From the NCBI GenBank assembly GCA_039679445.1, contig JBDKUY010000025.1, positions 12,362 to 76,361 of the forward strand: DNA of 64,000 bases, in the 5' to 3' direction. The position numbers and the translations under genes were made by a program. The notes below the pieces were generated by a model. It saw only the letters and a program-made list of their open reading frames with translations. It searched no databases and had not been told where the DNA came from. Position 1 is the first letter of the stretch, and each line of letters begins with the position of its first letter. Below are positions 19,385 through 27,993 of the stretch, piece by piece. Source of the stretch: Methanofastidiosum sp. Its GTDB lineage: Archaea; Methanobacteriota_B; Thermococci; Methanofastidiosales; Methanofastidiosaceae.

Positions 19385-19548
19385 TTTATTGAATTTATTT
19401 TTATTATTTAAGTTTGCCACTATTATCAAATAGTTTTTTTACCCTTGTTCGATCCATCTCTGATTTATAGCTTTTATGATAAATCTCAATAAAATACAGA
19501 GTTAGAGTATCTTTATCATACATATAAATTATTCTAATTAAATTATAT

Positions 19549-21033
19549 TTAAACCGCCACCATTGATAGTTTATATCCAAAGAACAGTAGGAACAAAAAT
19601 ATTAATCCGCAGAATATAACTAACTCCGGCCTTCTTTTCCATACTCCAATTAGCCCGCCTATTAGTATAAATACCCAAGTTGGTATCCCGTATTTATCAT
19701 TGAAGTTAAATAAATTTCTAAATAATACATTTTGCAGATCTCCGGTATATTGCCCATCCACGCTAATTATAGGAGTATCATCTGTTAAATCTGGATATAC
19801 GGGATTAGAGGGAGTTCCTGGATCTCCTGGATCTACGACAGGAGGAGTAACTACCGGAGGATCATAATAATAGACTTTTACTTGATAGTAATATCCATCA
19901 AAATAGCATTTATAGGTATATACAGATTTATAAATTAATGATACTTTTAATACTCCATCTTCATTAATATACGTCTCAAAATTATTACCAATCTCTAAAT
20001 TATGGGTTTTTGGCCCACCCCAATAAGTTCTTTCGTAATACTCTAAATAATTACCCCTGGTATCAACATTTTCATTAATATATCCTGGTGCATTATTATC
20101 ATATATATATGCCTTTAATTCTATATCTTGTGGAGTATATTGATTATAGTATGATAAATTTGCTTTAAACAATATTTCTATTTTCTGTATTTTGCTAACA
20201 TTTTCATCAATTTTAGTTTCAAATCTATACCCCATATATCTTTGAGTATTTGTTGCATCTTCTAATCGGTGATAATTCGCATCATCAGATCCAAAATAAG
20301 TATAAGTAGTATTTGATTCTGAACCATTAAATGTAGGTTGAAAAGATCCTATATCGCCATTATAAAATACATTATTATAAGTATCAACATCTGTTACATT
20401 GGCATAATCATAAATCGTATATTTAATATCAGGATTTCCTTCATTTAATTCATTGGCATATTCAATAATTAATTTTGGCCTAGCTTGGACATAGTAAGTA
20501 GTTTTTTCTTTAGTAGTCCAACGACAATCCCCTGCACTTTTTGAGGCAAAAGAAACATCAGTAATAGAATTATTTAATCTATCAGCTACCCAACTAGTTA
20601 CATCACAATCGGGATAAGTATATCTTATAGTTGTAGGTATTGTTACTATTTCATCCCCGTATAATGGCCTATTGTTATATGTTAAAGTTAATTCATCCCA
20701 ATTATTGGAATCTACCTCATATATTGTTGAGCTTGGATTAACAGGAGTATAATCTGGACTAATCCTTAAATATGCTTTTACTATTTTCGCACTTTCAGGA
20801 ACAGTTGCTAGACTAAATTGGAAATATGCCGTCCTAGTTCCATCGCTCATTATAGGATTAACAGATCCATAATTGGTATTAGGATTATTACTACAAACAT
20901 AGGCATCATCTGAAACATTGATATACAAAAAATTAGTTTTATAATCTGGATCTTCGCATAAAGCTAGAGTAGTATTCATTAATAGCATAGCTACCATTAT
21001 TATACCAAATATTGTTATGTATTTTCTTTTCAA
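19549..21033 (-). CDS. Secreted, C-terminally anchored surface protein with a DNRLRE/CBM96-like N-terminal module
   Basis: Signal peptide. DDAYVCSNNPNTNYG...AYFQFSL...AKIVKAYLRI...NWDELTLTYNNRP. Pro-rich linker PPVVTPPVVDPGDPGTP. C-terminal TM helices. Confidence 0.6.
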   Translation of the reverse strand: MKRKYITIFGIIMVAMLLMNTTLALCEDPDYKTNFLYINVSDDAYVCSNNPNTNYGSVNPIMSDGTRTAYFQFSLATVPESAKIVKAYLRISPDYTPVNPSSTIYEVDSNNWDELTLTYNNRPLYGDEIVTIPTTIRYTYPDCDVTSWVADRLNNSITDVSFASKSAGDCRWTTKEKTTYYVQARPKLIIEYANELNEGNPDIKYTIYDYANVTDVDTYNNVFYNGDIGSFQPTFNGSESNTTYTYFGSDDANYHRLEDATNTQRYMGYRFETKIDENVSKIQKIEILFKANLSYYNQYTPQDIELKAYIYDNNAPGYINENVDTRGNYLEYYERTYWGGPKTHNLEIGNNFETYINEDGVLKVSLIYKSVYTYKCYFDGYYYQVKVYYYDPPVVTPPVVDPGDPGTPSNPVYPDLTDDTPIISVDGQYTGDLQNVLFRNLFNFNDKYGIPTWVFILIGGLIGVWKRRPELVIFCGLIFLFLLFFGYKLSMVAV

Positions 21034-21044
21034 TTTATCACATC

Positions 21045-22193
21045 CTAAAATGGTTTTTTAAATCCCATAAATGCCCATATTACAAATAATGCGACTAGTC
21101 CTAGGACTATCATATTTGTGTAACTATTAGTTGCGCCAAAATAAAACGAAGGTAGATCAACTTCAGTTGTATCTATTACCGTATAGGCAGTTGCCACCGC
21201 TTTAGAGTTAGTTAACTCTATCATGAAAATAGTTGTTTTCCCACTTGGTATTATCTGGTTTCTAGTTCCAAACGACTTGCTACCCCTGTAAATTTCATCG
21301 CCGTCCTGGTATAAGATATACTGGTTGATAGTTCCGGTTGATTTGTCTATTATATCTACCTGATATTCACTATTTCCAAACGGTTTTAGATTTGCAGAGG
21401 TAATGGAGGCCACCATCCCGAAATCTTCTATTTCCGGGGGAACTGGTATAGTTCCAGTATCGGCAGTTGCATAGGCCGTTGAGTTTCTACCAGAGTTAGA
21501 AACTTCTATCATAAATACTGATATTTGCCCTGGATCAATATATGCCCTTATTGATCTAAATGAACTTGCGCCCTCATAGATTAATTTATCATCCTGGTAA
21601 AGTTTCCAGTATGTTATTTTTCCAGTTGAAAGATCATCTACCAAAACTTCATATACCCCACTTGAAAGAGGGGAGGGTTTAGTTACTACTATTGAGGCTT
21701 GAATAGTGTCGTCATAAACTGGATCCGGTATATCGACTTCATCGGCAATATCTACTGGTGAAGGCAAAAAAGGAGGCTCAATATAATAATCATTATCGTT
21801 TGGTCCAACTTCTATATTATACCTTACTGATCCAGATTCAGTTTTCGGAGTTCTGTAAGATTCATAACCAACATCTTCAGTAAATTGGTATCTTACATCA
21901 AAAACGCAATTTTTAATTATTGCATAATCATAAATCTGTATCTCTGTTTCGGACTGTGGAGGCATCCAATACCATTGGCCTTGTTGCCATATTCGGCCAT
22001 CCTTGTAAATATCTACTTTATAAGACACCGAATATTGGTAAGGATTTACTAATGTATTCCAGATCTCTACATTAGATCCATATTCTACATTTATGGTCCG
22101 GCCGGGTTGATTAAAATTAAATGGCAGATAAGAATTAAAGGCTATTACTCCAACTAATATAATTCCCAATAAAATAAGTATATTTTTATTCAT
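21045..22193 (-). CDS. Secreted, C-terminally anchored protein with an internally duplicated domain of about 90 aa
   Basis: Signal peptide and C-terminal TM. Residues 164-250 and 259-346 share Y-V..D.STG.I..Y.LYQD...IY.G..SF....I.PG....FMIE..NS....TAY. Confidence 0.6.
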   Translation of the reverse strand: MNKNILILLGIILVGVIAFNSYLPFNFNQPGRTINVEYGSNVEIWNTLVNPYQYSVSYKVDIYKDGRIWQQGQWYWMPPQSETEIQIYDYAIIKNCVFDVRYQFTEDVGYESYRTPKTESGSVRYNIEVGPNDNDYYIEPPFLPSPVDIADEVDIPDPVYDDTIQASIVVTKPSPLSSGVYEVLVDDLSTGKITYWKLYQDDKLIYEGASSFRSIRAYIDPGQISVFMIEVSNSGRNSTAYATADTGTIPVPPEIEDFGMVASITSANLKPFGNSEYQVDIIDKSTGTINQYILYQDGDEIYRGSKSFGTRNQIIPSGKTTIFMIELTNSKAVATAYTVIDTTEVDLPSFYFGATNSYTNMIVLGLVALFVIWAFMGFKKPF

Positions 22194-22236
22194 ACGGATA
22201 CACCTAGAAAAGAGGGCGATTGAAAGTTAATATAAG

Positions 22237-22260
22237 TTAGTCCAACTATTAGTAGGACTG
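22237..22260. promoter_or_regulatory. Operator-like 24-bp element, copy 1 (ttagtccaactattagtaggactg)
   Basis: Identical to 25992-26015. Contains the inverted repeat AGTCC-N11-GGACT. Lies between divergent genes starting at 22193 (-) and 22340 (+). Confidence 0.6.
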
Positions 22261-22339
22261 AAAGAGAATAATTCTAGGATAAAAAAAGAGCATAATTAAT
22301 GTAAAAGAATATAAATATTATCCAATATATCTAGTTGTT

Positions 22340-22789
22340 ATGAATGAATATATAAAACAATTATTAACAATTTTACTTTTGTCTTTGGTGTTATTTATCT
22401 TAATTTATTTATTCGGTATAAATTCTTTTTTAATTAACGATACTGTTAAATATTATTTTTTATCTGCTATAATCCAGAGTAATTGTGCCTTATTTGGTTT
22501 AATATTAGTAAGTCTTGGCCTTAGAAGAAATGAACAAGAATCGTTCTTTCATCAAAGAGTAACTTTTGTATCGTTTAGTGTAATGTGCTTCTTTATTTGT
22601 ATAATAATTCTATTATCTATATTCTTTATGTTGATAAAAATATCCCCTGCATTAATCATTTTAATAGCGTGTATGGAAAGCGTTACAATCTGGTTAATTT
22701 TTGTGAATATAATTAATCTCATTGACTCTTTTAGCAATAAATCTAAGAAAGAACCGCCTCAAATACACGCAAGTCCAATTAAATTATAA
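22340..22789 (+). CDS. Polytopic membrane protein (4 predicted TM helices)
   Basis: 149 aa, four long hydrophobic segments. Plus-strand gene just downstream of operator copy 1. Confidence 0.5.
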   Translation: MNEYIKQLLTILLLSLVLFILIYLFGINSFLINDTVKYYFLSAIIQSNCALFGLILVSLGLRRNEQESFFHQRVTFVSFSVMCFFICIIILLSIFFMLIKISPALIILIACMESVTIWLIFVNIINLIDSFSNKSKKEPPQIHASPIKL

Positions 22790-22836
22790 GAATTATACAG
22801 CAAAACATATGCAAAAGGGTAAAAGAAAAATTAATT

Positions 22837-23304
22837 TTATTTCAAATATCCTTTATCGTATATGAAATACCCGTTATGTTTTCTCTCAAAGTTATAAAGA
22901 AACTCTTTAGTTGAAAAAGGCAGTTTAAATAAATTGTCAATCAATGGAAGTATAAAAATTGATTCCGGTGTTTCTGGTATCCCAGAGCCAACGACTACAA
23001 ATACATCAATATTGTTTTTATCCCTGTAATCCTTGAAGAAGTCCAGTTGGTCCTTCTTGATTAAAAAGTTTTTTTCTTTTATTTCAGATCTAAATTTGCA
23101 CTCTACCGCAAAATTAGTATTGTTGTAATTTGCCCTTATAATGAAGTCCGGCAGATTATCCATTAAAGTCTTGGAATCCTGAAAATGAGAGGTCCGATGG
23201 ACTATGCTATAAATTGGTTCTGGAAAAAGAGTTTGAACATAGGATTGGAATTTATAGCCCATTTCTAAATGAATGTTAAACATTTCTGATTCATTTATCA
23301 TCAA
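22837..23304 (-). CDS. Putative PD-(D/E)xK nuclease-fold protein
   Basis: GYKFQSYVQTLF...LPDFIIRANYNNTNFAVECKFRS gives D...E-x-K spacing like Mrr-cat/Hjc-type nucleases. Confidence 0.4.
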   Translation of the reverse strand: MMINESEMFNIHLEMGYKFQSYVQTLFPEPIYSIVHRTSHFQDSKTLMDNLPDFIIRANYNNTNFAVECKFRSEIKEKNFLIKKDQLDFFKDYRDKNNIDVFVVVGSGIPETPESIFILPLIDNLFKLPFSTKEFLYNFERKHNGYFIYDKGYLK

Positions 23305-23340
23305 ATAAAAAAAGAAAATAATTTATTTAAATGTTTGCTT

Positions 23341-24252
23341 TTATTTGTAGATTTTTGGATTAGCCCAATATATTTGGAAGTCCACAGTTTCATCCCAGTT
23401 AGATCTTCTTAGTTTTATTGTGCTAGTAAATTCGCTATTATCTGGGTTAATAGTTCCGCTCTGAAGGCCTAATAGGGAACTGTTCTTTAAGAGCATATTT
23501 AGTTGAATTTCATAAGTTTGTAGGGAATTATCGTCCGGGAGGCCTAATTGACACCCGTAAGACTGTTCGGCCATCCTGGTATCAATCCAGAATATTACAG
23601 GATAAGCAGTAACTCCATTATGAGTAATTGGATAAGGCCTTGTTGGAGTTAAAGGATCTCCTAATGCAACAGTAGTTGCACTATCGCTTGGATTTATCCT
23701 AAAGAAATAATAGCCGTCATTTACAACTACTTTTCCTACTCCAAGAGAAGTATCTATTGGTGAGCCACTAAATCCAGGATCCAATACAAACTGGTCACTA
23801 GTCATCCATGGCCTTTCATATACCCTCTTATTGTATGGGTATGTTATTTTAGTTGCATAGTAAGAAAAATCAATGTAGTCTATACTGTATTCTGAAATCG
23901 GTTTCTCAAAGTCAGCAAAAGCCAAAAAGCCGAATCCTATTAATTCGTTTCCATTTTCATCATAGATTTGAAAAGATTTGTTAAATATGCCGTCCTGGGA
24001 ACTACCAAGTAGTTCATGAGTTCCATCTGAATATATGCCGAATACAAATTGATTTACCGATCCCACCGTCATGGCATTTGAAACTATAAAGAGCATGAAT
24101 ATAGTTGCTATGGCTATTGCGCCAAGGCCGTATATACTGGCTAGTTTTACTCCGAATTTATATAGGATAAATGCAAATATGGCCACCGCTACTACCACTA
24201 TAAGTAAAGCAGTATTTCCCAATTGCCCCACTCCCGAAAGTATTGATAACAT
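23341..24252 (-). CDS. Membrane-anchored protein (two N-terminal TM helices, large ectodomain)
   Basis: 303 aa. N-terminal hydrophobic helices followed by a beta-rich, aromatic-rich domain. No motif recognised. Confidence 0.5.
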   Translation of the reverse strand: MLSILSGVGQLGNTALLIVVVAVAIFAFILYKFGVKLASIYGLGAIAIATIFMLFIVSNAMTVGSVNQFVFGIYSDGTHELLGSSQDGIFNKSFQIYDENGNELIGFGFLAFADFEKPISEYSIDYIDFSYYATKITYPYNKRVYERPWMTSDQFVLDPGFSGSPIDTSLGVGKVVVNDGYYFFRINPSDSATTVALGDPLTPTRPYPITHNGVTAYPVIFWIDTRMAEQSYGCQLGLPDDNSLQTYEIQLNMLLKNSSLLGLQSGTINPDNSEFTSTIKLRRSNWDETVDFQIYWANPKIYK

Positions 24253-24277
24253 TTTTTCTTTACCTCCTTTTAGTTTT

Positions 24278-24517
24278 TTATAATAATTTTACTCCACTTT
24301 TTGAAATAATGTAGAGGATCGTCATTGTTGGTATGAATCCATCAAGTTGGTCCGTAATGTCCAGTAATTCCCAGGCATAGAAAATTCCCATAGGTCCAAT
24401 AAGATAGTAGGCTACTGGTATTCCTACAAGGTCAAATAATGTTCCTAGCCCTGGAATCCTAACAAAGAAATCAATTATATCAAATATAATGCATAGGAAA
24501 AATCTAATATCCATCAA
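24278..24517 (-). CDS. Small hydrophobic membrane protein
   Basis: 79 aa, 2-3 hydrophobic segments. ATGA 4-nt overlap with the upstream CPBP gene. Confidence 0.45.
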   Translation of the reverse strand: MMDIRFFLCIIFDIIDFFVRIPGLGTLFDLVGIPVAYYLIGPMGIFYAWELLDITDQLDGFIPTMTILYIISKSGVKLL

Positions 24518-25035
24518 ATAATCACCCCGAATAATATTATTGGAAATATCATTAATGTCCTAGTTGAGATAAGATCCCACCCGGCATGAAATGCTATTGC
24601 AGATTCCAAGCCTACATATTCACTAAGCATATACATGAAGATACCGCCTAGAAAGGCTAGTATCAATCCGCTTAATAGGTATGAAAAGGTCAATGAATTT
24701 ACCGAATATGCGTAGGTGTGGGCAAGAGAGAACAGCATTTGCGATAGTATTGCAGGTCCCCAGATCTTCCCAAAGAAAGGAAGAGAGGGAAATATGTTTT
24801 TTGCTTTTGGCAATACTCCCTGGAAAAAATAAGTTTCCCCGAATCCCACAAACAAGGAGTAGAAAACTAGAGGCCAAATAAGGGAGGCTTCAGAGATTAC
24901 AAAATACCCCCTGAAAGGGATCAATAGGAATATAGTCGAAATAAATGTTACAGCAAATACTATCATGGAAGTATATAGATCATGCTTAAATTTCACATCC
25001 GGAACTAGGAATAATCCCAAAAGTTCAATGATCAT
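24514..25035 (-). CDS. CPBP (CAAX protease/Abi) family intramembrane protease-like protein
   Basis: Polytopic. GETYFFQGVLP (motif 1, normally EExxxR), FSLAH (motif 2) and HAGWD (motif 3) in the expected order. Confidence 0.55.
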   Translation of the reverse strand: MIIELLGLFLVPDVKFKHDLYTSMIVFAVTFISTIFLLIPFRGYFVISEASLIWPLVFYSLFVGFGETYFFQGVLPKAKNIFPSLPFFGKIWGPAILSQMLFSLAHTYAYSVNSLTFSYLLSGLILAFLGGIFMYMLSEYVGLESAIAFHAGWDLISTRTLMIFPIILFGVII

Positions 25036-25244
25036 GTATGCGATTAAAACTATTGAATACCTAACTACATCCGCACTTGGTATAAATGCAGGTAGGGAAA
25101 CTAATACTATGAATTGTAATATGATTAACCAGATTACAGCATTTATTCCCCGTAAAATTGAAACTGGTCTTATATTGAAGTTTATTTTAACACCCTCATG
25201 TTTTTTTAAAAGGAAAGAAAAAAATAAAATTTCCTAAAATTTAT

Positions 25245-25961
25245 TTAGCTTTTTGCGATTACTAAAAAGTTTACTGTATATGTATCCCCGGCAACATTGA
25301 ACTGGACCGGTGCGCTTTCATATGCGTCAAGATAGTCTAGTGAAGAAGCTAAAGGAGTAATAACTACATCAACTTCAACTGGTGTTGTGGTAACAACTAC
25401 CCTAGATTTATCATAAATTCCAGTATCATATTCAATGTCAAAAGAGGACCTTGTATATCCAGATCTCCAGGCAACAGGGTATATTGGTGAGGTCAATTCA
25501 GAAGTATCCTCGTTAGAAATTGCAGGAACATTATGAGTAACAGTTGTTACTCCCTGAAGGTTGGAATCTGTATTTAGATCTGTCCTATCTATCGTAAATG
25601 TTGCAGTTACCTCTGATACATCAGAAACAGGAGTTACCCCCGAACCTGTTATTGTTATTGGAACTGTTAATGTCCTAGTTGTTATATCATAACTTGAAAT
25701 TGAAGAATTGTAATCGGACAATTCGGTCTTAAAAGTTATGTTTGCATTTTGTTTGCCCTGGTCCGGATTAGATGAGCCTAGATTAAAGCCAATATCTACA
25801 TCAAGAACAGAAGGCAGTATTAGAAGGCCAATAATTACACCTACGACTAATCCAGGTATAACACCCTTCATTTTGGCCAATGTCCACCCGATATAGGCGC
25901 AAACTAGAGCTACTATACCAGTTGCCAATAATAGAGCTTGCATATCCATAAAATCACCCAA
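25245..25961 (-). CDS. Membrane-anchored T/S/V-rich protein (candidate envelope or structural protein)
   Basis: Two N-terminal TM helices, then a beta-rich T/S/V/D-rich domain. First gene of the minus-strand block downstream of operator copy 2. Confidence 0.5.
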   Translation of the reverse strand: MGDFMDMQALLLATGIVALVCAYIGWTLAKMKGVIPGLVVGVIIGLLILPSVLDVDIGFNLGSSNPDQGKQNANITFKTELSDYNSSISSYDITTRTLTVPITITGSGVTPVSDVSEVTATFTIDRTDLNTDSNLQGVTTVTHNVPAISNEDTSELTSPIYPVAWRSGYTRSSFDIEYDTGIYDKSRVVVTTTPVEVDVVITPLASSLDYLDAYESAPVQFNVAGDTYTVNFLVIAKS

Positions 25962-25991
25962 GCCTACTAATTGGCGTTTGATATAAATAAA

Positions 25992-26015
25992 TTAGTCCAA
26001 CTATTAGTAGGACTG
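25992..26015. promoter_or_regulatory. Operator-like 24-bp element, copy 2
   Basis: Identical to 22237-22260. Flanked by TATA-like boxes on both sides (atataaataa at 25981-25990, atatatataa at 26021-26030). A partial inverted copy cctactaat..tgg lies at 25963-25974. Confidence 0.6.
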
Positions 26016-26048
26016 GAAAGATATATATAAGAATTTAAAAAAAATATA

Positions 26049-26867
26049 TTGATGGATTATAATACTGCTCGTTCTATGAAATTATCGCTTTTTTCTACTA
26101 TTTTCGGTATTGTTATAAGTGCATTTTTTTCTTTAATTTTTTTAACTCTAAATCAGTTTTTTGATATTAAAGATTATCCTTTGTTATATTTTTTTTTCGG
26201 CTGGATTTTAGTTATGATTATTCTTTTACTAATCAGAGAAATTATATCTTTTTTAGAATATGATTTACCTGAAATTTCAAAAGGAGAATTACCTGAAAAC
26301 TCATTTGAGTATTTTTCTCAATTAAATATGGCCATAGAAAAAAAGTATTTTTGTAAATGCGAATGTGTCTCAAAGAATGAATCCACAATAGGTTTGATTT
26401 TACAAGTAATTTGTAAATTATCAAGTATCTTTTCCCCGTTTATTCCTATATTTATTGTTTTTTTTCTTTGTATTAGTCTCTGGGCTTCTTTAAAATTTTT
26501 TTACTGGGTATGGTCTATTATTCTATCTCCTCACATTTCGGCATTATTAGCTTTTTTATGTCTTTTTATAGCTATTATTGTTATTATACAATTTGATTTA
26601 CCATATAAAATAATCAATTATTTTAATCATGGTTGTAATCTTAAAATAAAAATTATTTCTAAAATAGCACTAAAATATCCTATATTGATACAATACAACA
26701 TCAAAAATGAAAGCATAACTAATGAGTTTCCCTTGAAACTTTTCATTGACCTTAAAGAAAAATCATTTTATTTTCACTCTATTGACCCGGATAATCCAAG
26801 AACTAAAAAGAAAATCTTGAAAATAATCAATGAAGTAATTGATAAATGTATTAAGAATCAATTGTAA
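26049..26867 (+). CDS. Polytopic membrane protein
   Basis: 272 aa, multiple hydrophobic helices. Plus-strand gene just downstream of operator copy 2. Confidence 0.5.
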   Translation: MMDYNTARSMKLSLFSTIFGIVISAFFSLIFLTLNQFFDIKDYPLLYFFFGWILVMIILLLIREIISFLEYDLPEISKGELPENSFEYFSQLNMAIEKKYFCKCECVSKNESTIGLILQVICKLSSIFSPFIPIFIVFFLCISLWASLKFFYWVWSIILSPHISALLAFLCLFIAIIVIIQFDLPYKIINYFNHGCNLKIKIISKIALKYPILIQYNIKNESITNEFPLKLFIDLKEKSFYFHSIDPDNPRTKKKILKIINEVIDKCIKNQL

Positions 26868-26895
26868 TAAATTGTCTATATAATTATATTAATCT

Positions 26896-27840
26896 TTATT
26901 TATCCCTATTTTCCATTTCCTTGAATTTGGCTATTAGTTGCTTTTCGTCAAATTCATAGCTGCTTTTTGATAGGTAGTCAAGAATAAAAGAGATCCTTGC
27001 GCCGGACTTGTAATAATTGTATCCTATCGCCATGGCTTCATCCTCATTTTTGATTTTCCGGTAGAATCTTGAAATGTCATCACTCCAAAATGAGGGTAGT
27101 GGAACTTTTATGGTCATAAGCTCTGAATCAGAAACTATTAGGCAATCCTCTTTCTTTTGAGGCATCATAAATTCCACTACCGATTTAAAAATGCCCTCTC
27201 TTTCCGTTGTTGCCTGGAAAATGGCATTTTTCTTGATTAATGAAAAACTGGCCTGTCTTACGACTTCTATATCTACTGAAGCCGTATATTGGGTGATAAA
27301 AATTATATTCTTGTGTTGGTGCCTTGCGACCATGAGCAGTTGGCCTAAGTCCTTGTTGTCCTTGTTTGCAAAGTTCCTACTTGAATATTGCACCCCTGTT
27401 TCATCCTGTATTATTATGCTATCTTCCGGGCAATCTTCTATACTAGGAGAGTAAGTTATCCACTCCGGCAGTTTGTTGTTTGGAAGTCCGACCCAGAATA
27501 TCTGATTTTCATTGTAATATTTTTGCTCATAAAGTTGCTCTATAAAAAAAAGTATAGAGGCAGTTTTCCCGCTACCCCTACCGCCGAATACGAGCTCTAC
27601 CTGTCCATCCCCCATGTATAGTTCCATGGCTTTATTCAGTTTTGTTACCGGATCATCCATGTAATCATTTAAGGCATAGTAGACATCAAGAGGTTTGAAT
27701 CGTGCAAGGTAATAGCAGTATGATTTATCATATTGGCTAAATCTTTCCGATATGTAAGATTCAAATGTTGCGGTATTTCTGTCTATAAATTCCCATGCGT
27801 AGTCCAGGCCTTTGTAATACCCGTCATTATAGAATACCAT
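26896..27840 (-). CDS. P-loop NTPase, Zot/pI-like (assembly or extrusion type)
   Basis: Walker A GGRGSGKTAS, Walker B SIIIQDETG, then LLMVARHQHKNIIFITQ resembling the Zot-family hRHhGxDIxxxTQ motif. Confidence 0.6.
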   Translation of the reverse strand: MVFYNDGYYKGLDYAWEFIDRNTATFESYISERFSQYDKSYCYYLARFKPLDVYYALNDYMDDPVTKLNKAMELYMGDGQVELVFGGRGSGKTASILFFIEQLYEQKYYNENQIFWVGLPNNKLPEWITYSPSIEDCPEDSIIIQDETGVQYSSRNFANKDNKDLGQLLMVARHQHKNIIFITQYTASVDIEVVRQASFSLIKKNAIFQATTEREGIFKSVVEFMMPQKKEDCLIVSDSELMTIKVPLPSFWSDDISRFYRKIKNEDEAMAIGYNYYKSGARISFILDYLSKSSYEFDEKQLIAKFKEMENRDK

Positions 27841-27993
27841 TTATTCATCCTATAATTGGAGTTTGCCATCTTATTGTATATCCGACAAAAAATAAAAAAA
27901 TATTCAATACATGTAGATATGTTCTTTTGTTTAAAGGAGTTCTATAATACCTAAATCCTAGGGCAAAAGTAATATTACATAATTTTTGTATGT

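Noticed and set aside
19385-19548. 39-aa minus-strand ORF (MYDKDTLTLYFIEIYHKSYK...) in the convergent gap after the TPR gene.
   Set aside because: Short, with no motif and no conservation information.
24623-24881. Two ORFs (24623-24877 minus, 24681-24881 plus) inside the CPBP gene.
   Set aside because: The CPBP frame carries the ordered family motifs and TM pattern. The alternatives have no features.
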